Position numbers and translations under genes: made by a program. A DNA stretch of 64,000 nucleotides from an uncultured Actinomycetota bacterium (GTDB lineage Bacteria; Actinomycetota; Actinomycetes; S36-B12; UBA10799), in NCBI GenBank assembly GCA_963818505.1, contig CAWFSJ010000001.1, positions 155,096 through 219,095 on the forward strand, given 5' to 3'. This document shows positions 55,819-64,000 of the stretch, piece by piece. Each line of letters begins with the position of its first letter. Positions within the stretch are counted from its first letter, which is position 1. Under the pieces are notes generated by a model. The model ran no database searches. It was not told the origin of the DNA and saw only the letters and a program-made list of their open reading frames with translations.

Positions 55819-56807
55819 CCGTTCCCGGCTGGCTCTGGGCCGGCACGATCGTGTTGTTCGTGGTTCTGTTCACGCTCGACTTCCTGATCGTCGGCCGACG
55901 GCCTCACGTTCCGAAGACCCCGGAACTGCTGCGCTGGCTCGGGCTCTTCGTCGGCTGTGCCATAGCGTTCGGGCTCTTTTTGGGCTGGCAGTTCGGCGGT
56001 GACATCGGCGTGCAGTTCTTCGCCGGCTGGCTCACCGAGTACTCATTGAGCGTCGACAACCTGTTCGTGTTCGTGCTGATCATGTCGCGGTTCTACGTCC
56101 CCCGACATCTGCAGCAGTACGTGCTCATGTGGGGCATCGTGATCGCGTTGATTCTCCGAGGGATCTTCATCGCCCTCGGTGCGGCGATCATCGCCCAGTT
56201 CTCCTGGGTCTTCTACATCTTCGGGTTCTTCCTGATCCTCACTGCAGTGCGTCTGGCCACGCACGGCGAGGACGATGACGAAGAGTACAAAGAGAACTTC
56301 ATAGTTCGTACGGTTGCCCGGATCGTACCCGTGGCCCAGGATTTCGACGGGACACGGATGCGGACCGTCATAGACGGCAAACGCATGTTCACACCCATGC
56401 TCGTGGTTCTGATCGCCATCGGCACCACGGATGTCCTGTTCGCCTTGGACAGCATCCCGGCGATCTTCGGGCTCACCCAGATCCCCTTCATCGTCTTCAC
56501 GGCCAACGTGTTCGCCCTGATGGGTCTGCGGCAGTTGTTCTTCTTGCTGGGCAATCTTCTGGATCGGCTGGTCTTCCTGGGTCTTGGCCTTTCAGCCGTG
56601 CTGGGCTTCATTGGTGTGAAGCTGATTCTTGAGGCCATGCACGAGAACTCCTTGCCGTTCCTCAACGGCGGAGAGCCGTTCGACGTGCCGGTGATCTCGA
56701 ACTGGGTGAGTCTGGCGGTAATCGTCGTCATCCTGTCGGTGACTGTGGTCGCAAGCCTGGTGCATGAACGCATCGTGACCAACCGGGGTGCCGATCAGCA
56801 GGGATGA
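55815..56807 (+). CDS. TerC family integral membrane protein
   Basis: [16 protein letters not shown] and [16 protein letters not shown] are the paired TerC repeat motifs. The GTG start overlaps the uvrB stop (GTGA). Confidence 0.85.
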   Translation: MTVPGWLWAGTIVLFVVLFTLDFLIVGRRPHVPKTPELLRWLGLFVGCAIAFGLFLGWQFGGDIGVQFFAGWLTEYSLSVDNLFVFVLIMSRFYVPRHLQQYVLMWGIVIALILRGIFIALGAAIIAQFSWVFYIFGFFLILTAVRLATHGEDDDEEYKENFIVRTVARIVPVAQDFDGTRMRTVIDGKRMFTPMLVVLIAIGTTDVLFALDSIPAIFGLTQIPFIVFTANVFALMGLRQLFFLLGNLLDRLVFLGLGLSAVLGFIGVKLILEAMHENSLPFLNGGEPFDVPVISNWVSLAVIVVILSVTVVASLVHERIVTNRGADQQG

Positions 56808-56825
56808 ACCCCTACACTCTCGTGC

Positions 56826-58151
56826 GTGCCGAAGGAGGAGCTCGCAGGGGATGCGCCGCCGCCGGATGACAGCCGTGAGGCAGGCCTGGTGCGGTTGGTC
56901 GTACTGTCGGCACTCGGTGGGGCTCTGACAGGTCTGGTTGGCGGCGCGTTCCGGCTCGTCCTTGCTGAGAGCTTCCGGGTGTGGCAGCAGTTCCTTGAGT
57001 GGGCACGAGATCTCGGCGGGTGGCGAGTACTCCTTCCGGTGGCCGGTGCTGCGTTGGCAGTCGCGCTCGCACGCCTGATCGTCCGCTGGGTGCCAGAGGC
57101 CGCAGGAAGCGGTGTGCAACGCGTCGAGGCGATGATGCGCCACGAGGGTGATCCTGCGCCTTTGCGCGTCGTACCGGCGAAATTCGTCGGCGGAGCGCTT
57201 GCCCTCGGGGTCGGCATGGCCTTGGGCCGGGAGGGTCCCAGCGTCCAGATGGGTGCCTCGATCGGCGGTGGGATCGCCGCCCGTGCGGATCTGGATGACC
57301 ACGACACGCGCACCTTGTCGGCGTCGTTGGCGGGCGCGGGCCTGGGGGTGGCGTTCAGTGCCCCTCTGGGCGGTGCGATGTTCGTCATCGAGGAACTCGC
57401 ACGGGCGATTCGAACCCGCTTGCTGGTGGCGACGCTGGTGTCGGCCAGTGTTGCCCTGGCCGTCGCATACCCACTCGTGGGCAGCCGCCCCGTCTTCCCG
57501 GTTCCGCTGATCCAGGACCCGCGACTGTGGCACCTGGCCCTGTACGCCCCGCTGGGGCTGCTCGTCGGGTTCATGGGCATCTACTACAACCGGCTCGTGA
57601 TCTGGAACTTGGATCTGATGGATCGACTTTCCCGGGTCCCGCCTGAGGCCCGCGCCGCGGTCATCGGTGGGCTGGTGGGCGCGCTCGGAGTGATCGCGCC
57701 GTGGTTGGTCGGTGGTGGTGAAGTGCTCGCCGACCGAGTGCTCGCCGTCGGACTGCCGCTCACAACCTTGATCGTGATTCTGGTCGTCCGCTGGTTCCTC
57801 GGGCCACTGTCCTACGCCGCGGGGACACCTGGTGGGTTGTTCGCGCCCCTGCTGGTGGTCGGTGCCTCGATCGGCGCCATTTTCGCTGCCTCCCTGAACG
57901 CCCTTGTCCCGGCATGGGATCTGTCACCGGAGGCTTTCGCCATCGTTGGGATGTCAGCGTTCTTCGCCGCGGTGGTGAGGGCGCCGGTCACCGGTGTGAT
58001 CCTCTGCGTGGAGATGACGGCAACCACCTCAGTTCTCGTACCAATGCTGCTGGCCTCTGCCTTGGCCGTGCTGGTTTGTACCTTGCGCAAGGCCCCGCCC
58101 ATCTACGAGACGCTGCGCCTGCGAATGGAGGGTCTCTCAGTGCGTGGTTGA
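56826..58151 (+). CDS. ClC-type chloride channel / H+-Cl- antiporter
   Basis: EAAGSGVQ, GREGPSVQMGA and GGLFAPLLVVGA are the ClC selectivity-filter motifs (GSGIP, GREGP and GxFxP equivalents). Confidence 0.85.
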   Translation: MPKEELAGDAPPPDDSREAGLVRLVVLSALGGALTGLVGGAFRLVLAESFRVWQQFLEWARDLGGWRVLLPVAGAALAVALARLIVRWVPEAAGSGVQRVEAMMRHEGDPAPLRVVPAKFVGGALALGVGMALGREGPSVQMGASIGGGIAARADLDDHDTRTLSASLAGAGLGVAFSAPLGGAMFVIEELARAIRTRLLVATLVSASVALAVAYPLVGSRPVFPVPLIQDPRLWHLALYAPLGLLVGFMGIYYNRLVIWNLDLMDRLSRVPPEARAAVIGGLVGALGVIAPWLVGGGEVLADRVLAVGLPLTTLIVILVVRWFLGPLSYAAGTPGGLFAPLLVVGASIGAIFAASLNALVPAWDLSPEAFAIVGMSAFFAAVVRAPVTGVILCVEMTATTSVLVPMLLASALAVLVCTLRKAPPIYETLRLRMEGLSVRG

Positions 58152-58400
58152 GGAACGCCGGCGCCGATAGCCTTGGGCGCCCGTCCGGGCAGGTCGTCCA
58201 TCACGATTCTCACTTACTCGGGGAAACCTGGCGCGTGCAGAGCGGTTGTGAGGTGGGCGACGTACTGGAAGACGTTGAGACCGCCTGAGACAAGACCCTG
58301 CCCGAACTCCCACGTTCCGGTGCTGGCCCCCGGCCCCCATCATGGCGCCAACACTCCTTGGCGGCGGCAGAGATCGTGCTGATGTTCGGCTTGGTCTGGG

Positions 58401-59054
58401 TCACCATCCACGCTGTTCCCATTCGGCCAACGCAGGGCGCTCAGTACCCACGGTTGTGTCCCATCCGTGGCCCGGATACACCCACGTCTCATCGGGTAGA
58501 ACCTCGAAGATCCGGGTTCGGACATCCCGTAGGAGTGTCTTGAAGTCCTCAGGGGCCCACGTCTTGCCGATGCCACCGGGGAACAGGCAGTCACCTGTGA
58601 ACAGATGCGGCTGACCCAGGGGGTCGTCGTACAGCAACGCGATGCTGCCCGGGGTATGCCCGACGAGGTGGATGACACGCAGCCGGCATTGACCCACTGC
58701 GATCTCGTCGCCGTCGCGGACCGTGTGGTCCACGGTCGCGCCGATCGCCGGTGCGTCGATCTCATGGGCGATGCTCGTGGCTCCCGACTCTGCGCGCACC
58801 GATTCCAGGGCGCCCCAGTGGTCGGGATGGGCATGAGTCGTCACGATGGAACGCAATCCGTCGGGGCCCACCATGTCGAGGATGTGCTCTGCATCCGCGG
58901 CCGCGTCGATGAGTACCTGATCGCCAGACTCGCGGCAGCGCAGAAGGTAGGTGTTGTTGTCCATGGGCCCGACGGACAACTTCGAGATGGTCAAGAGGCC
59001 GAGCTCATGTACGTCGGCAGGTCCGCCCATACGCGTTCGACCGGTGTATGTCAT
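58401..59054 (-). CDS. MBL-fold metallo-hydrolase (glyoxalase II-like)
   Basis: TTHAHPDHWGA (HxHxDH motif), later HTPGS and GDCLFPGG; 217 aa. Its position between uvrB and uvrA matches mycobacterial Rv1637c (from memory). Confidence 0.8.
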   Translation of the reverse strand: MTYTGRTRMGGPADVHELGLLTISKLSVGPMDNNTYLLRCRESGDQVLIDAAADAEHILDMVGPDGLRSIVTTHAHPDHWGALESVRAESGATSIAHEIDAPAIGATVDHTVRDGDEIAVGQCRLRVIHLVGHTPGSIALLYDDPLGQPHLFTGDCLFPGGIGKTWAPEDFKTLLRDVRTRIFEVLPDETWVYPGHGWDTTVGTERPALAEWEQRGW

Positions 59055-59064
59055 GGCAGCGAAT

Positions 59065-59775
59065 CTACTCCCGCGCGCCCTCGGGCGTCCGACGCGACTT
59101 GAGGTCGTTCACCACCGCCAGGGCCAGCGCAACGGCGGTGGGCGCCAAGGCGGGCAGCGTGGGCTCGTCGGAACCCAGGATCCCGGAACCCCATGCGATG
59201 GCGCCGCAGAGGAACCCGATCGTGATCATCACGGCCGAGATCACCGGCTGTCCGGTGGGCTTGCGGGCAGAGCGTGACTCGAAGACGGTGTGGACGGTCG
59301 TGAGCACGGCACCGGTGTTGGCGGTTATCCAACCCCTGACGGCGGGAACCCTCAGGACTGCTGTGGCCAGGCCCGCGAGGGCGGTGCTGGTGATCGGCAC
59401 GAGGACCTGAGGGGGGCTGTCGAGCCACTGCCGCATCGCAGAGGTGATGAGGATCAGTACGATCATCGCGAACAGGGGAACAGCAACCTGTAGCCACTTG
59501 TACCGGCTCAGAGCCCGTTGCATCAGCGTGGCCAGCGCCACCCCGACGACCGCGCCGAGCAGGGATAGCGCGGCCAGCGCCGCGCGGGAAGGGTCCTTTG
59601 GGAGCTGGGTGCCCAGCACCACCAGGTTGCCCGCCTGGTTGGAGGTGAAGACGCCGTATTCCTCGAAGGAGTAGGCATCGATGACGCCCACCGTCCAGGC
59701 CAGGGACAGTGCAGCCAACCAGGGACGTGCAAAGAACCGGTAGGTATCGGTGCTGTCGGGCGGAGTCTCGGCCAC
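59065..59775 (-). CDS. YoaK/DUF1275 family membrane protein
   Basis: IDAYSFEEYGVFTSNQAGNLVVLG is the family N-terminal motif. About 6 TM segments; 236 aa. Confidence 0.7.
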   Translation of the reverse strand: MAETPPDSTDTYRFFARPWLAALSLAWTVGVIDAYSFEEYGVFTSNQAGNLVVLGTQLPKDPSRAALAALSLLGAVVGVALATLMQRALSRYKWLQVAVPLFAMIVLILITSAMRQWLDSPPQVLVPITSTALAGLATAVLRVPAVRGWITANTGAVLTTVHTVFESRSARKPTGQPVISAVMITIGFLCGAIAWGSGILGSDEPTLPALAPTAVALALAVVNDLKSRRTPEGARE

Positions 59776-59858
59776 TCCACGACGCTAGCGGAACGTGCAC
59801 GGGCGTCCGCCCTTCGCGGACACCGACATGCGATGTCGCACCCCGCGGTTAGCCTTAT

Positions 59859-62702
59859 GTGGTGCAGGATCGACTCATCGTCCGGGGTGCCCGTGAGCAC
59901 AACCTGAAGGACATCCACGTCGAGTTGCCTCGTGACGCCCTCATCGTCTTCACCGGGTTGTCCGGATCCGGGAAGTCGAGCCTGGCGTTCGACACGATCT
60001 TCGCCGAGGGTCAGCGGCGCTACGTGGAGTCCCTGTCGGCGTACGCGCGGCAGTTCCTCGGTCAACTCGACAAGCCCGATGTGGACTTCATCGAAGGTCT
60101 GAGCCCGGCGGTGTCGATCGACCAGAAGTCGACCAATCGCAACCCGCGCTCGACCGTGGGCACGATCACCGAGGTCTACGACTACCTGCGCCTGCTTTAC
60201 GCGCGTATCGGCCGGCCGCATTGCCCCAAGTGTGGGAAGCCAGTGTCGCGTCAGACGCCGCAGCAGATCGTTGATCAGATCCTGAAGATGCCGCAGGGCA
60301 CGAGGTTCCAGGTCCTCGCCCCGGTCGTGCGCGAGCGCAAGGGCGAGTTCGTCGACCTGTTCCGCTCCCTGCAGACCCAGGGATTCGCCCGCGTGGAGGT
60401 GGACGGGCGCACGTATCCGCTGGACTCCGTGCCCAAGCTGCGCAAGCAGGTGAAGCACTCCATCTCAGTGGTGGTCGACCGGTTGGTGGCCAAACCGTCT
60501 GGCAGGCGCCGGCTGACCGACACGGTGGAGACCGCGCTGCGCCTGGGTTCCGGGGTCGTCGTGATCGACATGGTGGATCTTGCCGAGGACGACCCCGCAC
60601 GGCAGGTGACGTTCAGCGAGCACCTTGCGTGCCTGGACGACGGGCTCAGCTTCGAGGAACTCGAACCGCGCAGTTTCTCGTTCAACTCCCCGTTCGGGGC
60701 GTGCGCCGAATGTGGCGGCCTGGGCACGCGGATGGAAGTGGACGCCGAACTGGTGATCCCCGATCCTGGTTTGAGCCTGGAGGACGGGGCGCTGGCGCCG
60801 ATGACCGGCGGCAGTTCCTCGGAGTACTTCCAGCGGCTCATGTCGGCCCTGGCAGACGAACTGCACTTCGACATGGCTACCCCGTTCGAGCAACTGGGAG
60901 AGGACGTTCAGCACGTCTTGCTCCATGGCCGGGGCGAGCAGGTGGTCGTGCGCTACCGCAACCGGTACGGCCGCGAGCGAACGTACGCCACCGGGTGGGA
61001 GGGCGTGATCCCCTTCGTCGAGCGCCGTCACGCCTCCTCCGAGTCCGACAGCCAGCGGGAGCGTTTCGCCGGTTACATGCGCGACATTCCGTGCCCGGCC
61101 TGTCACGGCGCCCGGCTCAAACCCTTGAGCCTGGCCGTGACCATCGGCGACAAGAACATCGCCGAGGTCGCGGGGATGCCGATCGCTGCCTGCAGCAGTT
61201 TCCTCGACCAACTGAGCCTCGACGACCGCGACGCCCAGATCGCAGCCCGTGTGCTCAAGGAGGTCAGCGCCCGGCTGCGGTTCCTGGTGGATGTGGGACT
61301 GCACTACCTGACGCTGGATCGTGCGGCGGGGACCCTCGCCGGGGGTGAGGCCCAGCGGATCCGGCTGGCCACCCAGATCGGCAGCGGGCTCGTCGGGGTC
61401 CTCTACGTGCTCGACGAGCCGAGCATCGGCCTTCACCAGCGAGACAACCACCGGCTGATCGAGACCCTGGTGCGTTTGCGCGACCTCGGCAACACGTTGA
61501 TCGTCGTCGAGCATGACGAGGACACCATCAGAGCCTCGGACTGGGTCGTGGACATCGGCCCCGCCGCGGGTGAGCATGGCGGCCAGGTGGTCGTCTCCGG
61601 GCCGCTCAAGGAGTTGCTCAAGAGCAGGGACTCGATCACTGGCGCCTACCTCTCGGGTCGCAAGTCCATCGACGTACCGACCATCCGCAGAGGGGTCGAC
61701 CTGGAGCGGGTGCTCACGGTGCACGACGCGCGTGAGCACAACCTGCAGAACGTCACCGTGGACTTCCCACTCGGTGTGCTGGTGGCGGTCACAGGCGTCT
61801 CGGGCTCGGGCAAGTCCACCTTGGTCAACGATGTGCTCTACACGGTGCTGGCCCGGGAACTGCATTCCGCCCGCACGGTTCCAGGCAGGCACAGGGCTGT
61901 GACCGGGGTGGAGTTGCTGGACAAAGTCGTCCACGTGGATCAGGGGCCGATCGGCCGCACGCCCCGCTCCAACCCTGCCACCTACACCGGTGTCTTCGAC
62001 CACATCCGCAGGCTCTTCGCCGAGACGGAGGAGGCGAAGATCCGCGGGTATCTGCCGGGCCGGTTCTCCTTCAACGTCAAAGGTGGCAGGTGCGAGGCGT
62101 GCAGTGGGGACGGCACGCTGCGCATCGAGATGAACTTCCTGCCGGACGTGTACGTGCCGTGTGCGCAGTGCCACGGCGCCCGCTACAACCGCGAGACGCT
62201 GGAGGTCCACTACAAGGCCAAGACCATCGCCGAGGTGCTGGACATGCCGATCGAGGAGGCCGCGAGTTTCTTCGAGGCGATCCCTGCGATCCATCGTCAC
62301 CTCAAGACCCTGGTGGACGTTGGCCTGGGTTACGTGCGACTGGGACAACCCGCCCCGACTTTGTCCGGCGGTGAGGCCCAGCGCGTCAAACTGGCCAGTG
62401 AGCTCCAACGTCGTTCAACCGGACGCACTGTCTACGTGCTGGACGAGCCGACGACCGGCCTGCACTTCGAGGATGTCCGCCGACTGCTCACAGTGCTGCA
62501 TTCGTTGGTCGACAAGGGCAACACCGTGATCGTGATCGAGCACAACCTCGATGTGATCAAGACCGTCGACTGGATCATCGATCTCGGTCCGGAAGGGGGT
62601 AGCGGCGGCGGCCTGATCGTCGCGCAGGGCACCCCCGAGGAGGTCGCGGCGATCCCTGACAGTCATACCGGCGCATTCCTGGCACCCATGCTCAAGCGGT
62701 AG
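59859..62702 (+). CDS. uvrA: Excinuclease ABC subunit A
   Basis: [47 protein letters not shown], two ABC modules and the zinc-finger cysteines ([19 protein letters not shown]); 947 aa. Confidence 0.97.
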   Translation: MVQDRLIVRGAREHNLKDIHVELPRDALIVFTGLSGSGKSSLAFDTIFAEGQRRYVESLSAYARQFLGQLDKPDVDFIEGLSPAVSIDQKSTNRNPRSTVGTITEVYDYLRLLYARIGRPHCPKCGKPVSRQTPQQIVDQILKMPQGTRFQVLAPVVRERKGEFVDLFRSLQTQGFARVEVDGRTYPLDSVPKLRKQVKHSISVVVDRLVAKPSGRRRLTDTVETALRLGSGVVVIDMVDLAEDDPARQVTFSEHLACLDDGLSFEELEPRSFSFNSPFGACAECGGLGTRMEVDAELVIPDPGLSLEDGALAPMTGGSSSEYFQRLMSALADELHFDMATPFEQLGEDVQHVLLHGRGEQVVVRYRNRYGRERTYATGWEGVIPFVERRHASSESDSQRERFAGYMRDIPCPACHGARLKPLSLAVTIGDKNIAEVAGMPIAACSSFLDQLSLDDRDAQIAARVLKEVSARLRFLVDVGLHYLTLDRAAGTLAGGEAQRIRLATQIGSGLVGVLYVLDEPSIGLHQRDNHRLIETLVRLRDLGNTLIVVEHDEDTIRASDWVVDIGPAAGEHGGQVVVSGPLKELLKSRDSITGAYLSGRKSIDVPTIRRGVDLERVLTVHDAREHNLQNVTVDFPLGVLVAVTGVSGSGKSTLVNDVLYTVLARELHSARTVPGRHRAVTGVELLDKVVHVDQGPIGRTPRSNPATYTGVFDHIRRLFAETEEAKIRGYLPGRFSFNVKGGRCEACSGDGTLRIEMNFLPDVYVPCAQCHGARYNRETLEVHYKAKTIAEVLDMPIEEAASFFEAIPAIHRHLKTLVDVGLGYVRLGQPAPTLSGGEAQRVKLASELQRRSTGRTVYVLDEPTTGLHFEDVRRLLTVLHSLVDKGNTVIVIEHNLDVIKTVDWIIDLGPEGGSGGGLIVAQGTPEEVAAIPDSHTGAFLAPMLKR

Positions 62703-62775
62703 CCGGACACACGTGCGGTTGGCCGGCAGACGGGCCTGGATCACGTAGGCTAACGCCAAGCGTAAGGAGAGTCCC

Positions 62776-63219
62776 GTGGCTGATCTGACCAGACGTAACG
62801 TGTTGACCGCAGGTGCCATCGGTGTGGCTGGGGCCGCACTGGTCGGGTGCTCGTCGGGTGATGATGCGTCCCCGGCTCCCACCGAACCGGCCAGTGCAGC
62901 GCCCGAGACGTCGCCGGCTCAGACAGGCGGGGACGTCACTGCTGTGAGCGACGTCCCTCTCGACGGCGGCGTGATCGTGGACTCCGGTCAGACGAAGATG
63001 GTCGTCACCCAGCCGACAGCCGGGGAGTACGTCGGGCTCAGCGCTGTGTGTCCCCACCAGGGGTGCCTGGTCAACCAGATCGACAACCAGGCGATCATCT
63101 GCCCGTGCCACGGTTCGCAGTTCTCGATCACTGATGGTTCGGTGATCCAGGGTCCGGCCACAACAGGTCTGGAACCCATCCCCGTCAAGGTCTCGGGCGA
63201 CCAGATCGTTCTTGGCTGA
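62776..63219 (+). CDS. Rieske (2Fe-2S) domain protein with a Tat-type signal and lipobox
   Basis: LTRRNVLTAGAIGVAGAALVGCSSG is a Tat-like RR motif followed by a lipobox Cys. CPHQGC...CPCHGSQF is the Rieske cluster motif. Confidence 0.85.
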   Translation: MADLTRRNVLTAGAIGVAGAALVGCSSGDDASPAPTEPASAAPETSPAQTGGDVTAVSDVPLDGGVIVDSGQTKMVVTQPTAGEYVGLSAVCPHQGCLVNQIDNQAIICPCHGSQFSITDGSVIQGPATTGLEPIPVKVSGDQIVLG

Positions 63220-63230
63220 CCTGAGTTGAT

Positions 63231-63869
63231 GTGAGCGGACACGACGAGGAGCCCCTGTCGCAGAGGCTGCCCACGATCCTGGGCGGGGTGCTAGCCACTC
63301 TTGCGATGGTCGTGGCGGGGCTATGGATCAGCGGCAAGGCGGGTTTGCCGTCTCCGCAAGCCGTTCTGTCCCTGGCCAATCCTCTGTCCGACCCTGTGCT
63401 GGAGGGCCCCGTTTACGCGATCGGGGACTCGGTCATGCTGGGCGCCAAGACCTGTCTGGCGAACACGGACGTCCACGTCCACGCTCAGGAGAACCGCACC
63501 ATGCGCGAGGGTGCTGCGCGGGTGGAGACCCGAGTGGCGAAGGACCGTCTGCCACCGCGCGTTGTGGTGGCTTTGGGCACCAACGGCCCCTTCGGGTACA
63601 AGGTGCTGGACCGGATCATGCGGGCAGCAGGCCCCGATCGGGCGGTGTACTGGATGACGATCGAACTACCCGAGATCGACCGGTACGCCTACGAGGATCC
63701 TGTGAACCAGAGATTGAGGGCCATGCCCGGGCGCTGGCCGAACGCCCATGTCATCGACTGGAACGCCAGTGTCCTGGCCACTGGCTTGTATCCCGACGGG
63801 ATCCATCTGAACCCGGTTGGTTGCCAGGCCTACGCGAACCTGATCCTGCAGGGGGTCGAGAAGGGCTGA
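63231..63869 (+). CDS. Membrane-anchored SGNH/GDSL-like hydrolase domain protein
   Basis: An N-terminal TM segment (ILGGVLATLAMVVAGLWI), then AIGDSVMLGA (block I-like), ALGTNG (block III-like) and DGIHLNPVG (block V, DxxH). Confidence 0.6.
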   Translation: MSGHDEEPLSQRLPTILGGVLATLAMVVAGLWISGKAGLPSPQAVLSLANPLSDPVLEGPVYAIGDSVMLGAKTCLANTDVHVHAQENRTMREGAARVETRVAKDRLPPRVVVALGTNGPFGYKVLDRIMRAAGPDRAVYWMTIELPEIDRYAYEDPVNQRLRAMPGRWPNAHVIDWNASVLATGLYPDGIHLNPVGCQAYANLILQGVEKG

Positions 63870-63890
63870 AGCCCGGTCGAAATAGTTGCC

Positions 63891-64000
63891 TCAGCGCCCC
63901 GAGACCAACAAGGAGCGCACGGCCTGCGCGATCATGCGGCCCCGGATCTCGTAACCAGCCGCCGTGAGGTGGATGCGGTCGGAGGCCAGCAGGGCGGGGT
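63891..64000 (-). CDS. 3' end of an SGNH/GDSL-type hydrolase gene, partial
   Basis: The minus strand reads ...DRIHLTAAGYEIRGRMIAQAVRSLLVSGR* (DxxH block V) with its stop at 63891-63893. The gene continues beyond the window. Confidence 0.5.
   Translation of the reverse strand, partial: PALLASDRIHLTAAGYEIRGRMIAQAVRSLLVSGR

Noticed and set aside
58152-58400. 250-bp gap between the ClC and MBL genes with a protein-like minus-strand stretch (EFGQGLVSGGLNVFQYVAHLTTALHAPGFPE*)
   Set aside because: Only about 36 codons are open, there is no start codon or ribosome-binding site, and a stop lies immediately upstream. At most it is a gene remnant and cannot be supported as a feature.
60465-62408. 647-aa ORF on the minus strand
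   Set aside because: It is antisense to uvrA and has no motifs, so it is a high-GC shadow ORF. The same reasoning rejects 15106-16119 (antisense to aroB), 18712-19950, 53521-54582, 16511-17416, 56592-57580 and the many other Arg/Pro/Gly-rich ORFs in the track.

Overview
The window is a high-GC actinobacterial chromosome segment of about 55 genes, nearly all coding. All calls come from reading the ORF translations and the DNA by eye. No database search, HMM or RNA-folding tool was run.

Layout:
- 1-13.3 kb: a type IV pilus locus. It contains the pilB 3' end, pilT, pilC, pilA, three minor pilins (pseudopilins), pilD, pilM, pilN, pilO and a PilP-like Ser-rich protein. An antisense HNH (DUF222) endonuclease gene plus a histidine phosphatase gene split it between pilC and pilA.
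- 13.4-18.6 kb: the pilus locus runs without an obvious terminator into aroC-aroK-aroB-aroQ-pepQ-efp-nusB.
- 18.6-25 kb: one structurally atypical tRNA gene, an ANTAR response regulator (PdtaR-like) and a LIV-type ABC transporter.
- 25-64 kb: a polA-rpsA-coaE-uvrB-uvrA backbone with gene order like Mycobacterium Rv1629-Rv1638, from memory. Two blocks of cell-envelope glycan genes interrupt it: a flippase, a GT4 glycosyltransferase, a methyltransferase, a roughly 1370-aa AftD-like protein, four polytopic GT-C-like membrane proteins and three acyltransferase-3 proteins.

Most notable observations:
1. There are three firm +1 frame disruptions and one probable one. Each lies at a short G or C run, and all are in surface-structure genes (pilC, pilA, AftD-like twice). 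None is detectable elsewhere.
2. The tRNA has a class I body but a Leu-type CAA anticodon.
3. A 25-bp perfect, AT-rich inverted repeat lies between the convergent liv genes.
4. A decayed 165-bp duplicate of the 5' end of the Mo-oxidoreductase gene lies 2.8 kb upstream of the intact copy.
5. Three GT-C-like paralogues share a motif (DD, then 17-24 residues, then H-F/L).

No rRNA, CRISPR array, transposase or integrase was seen.
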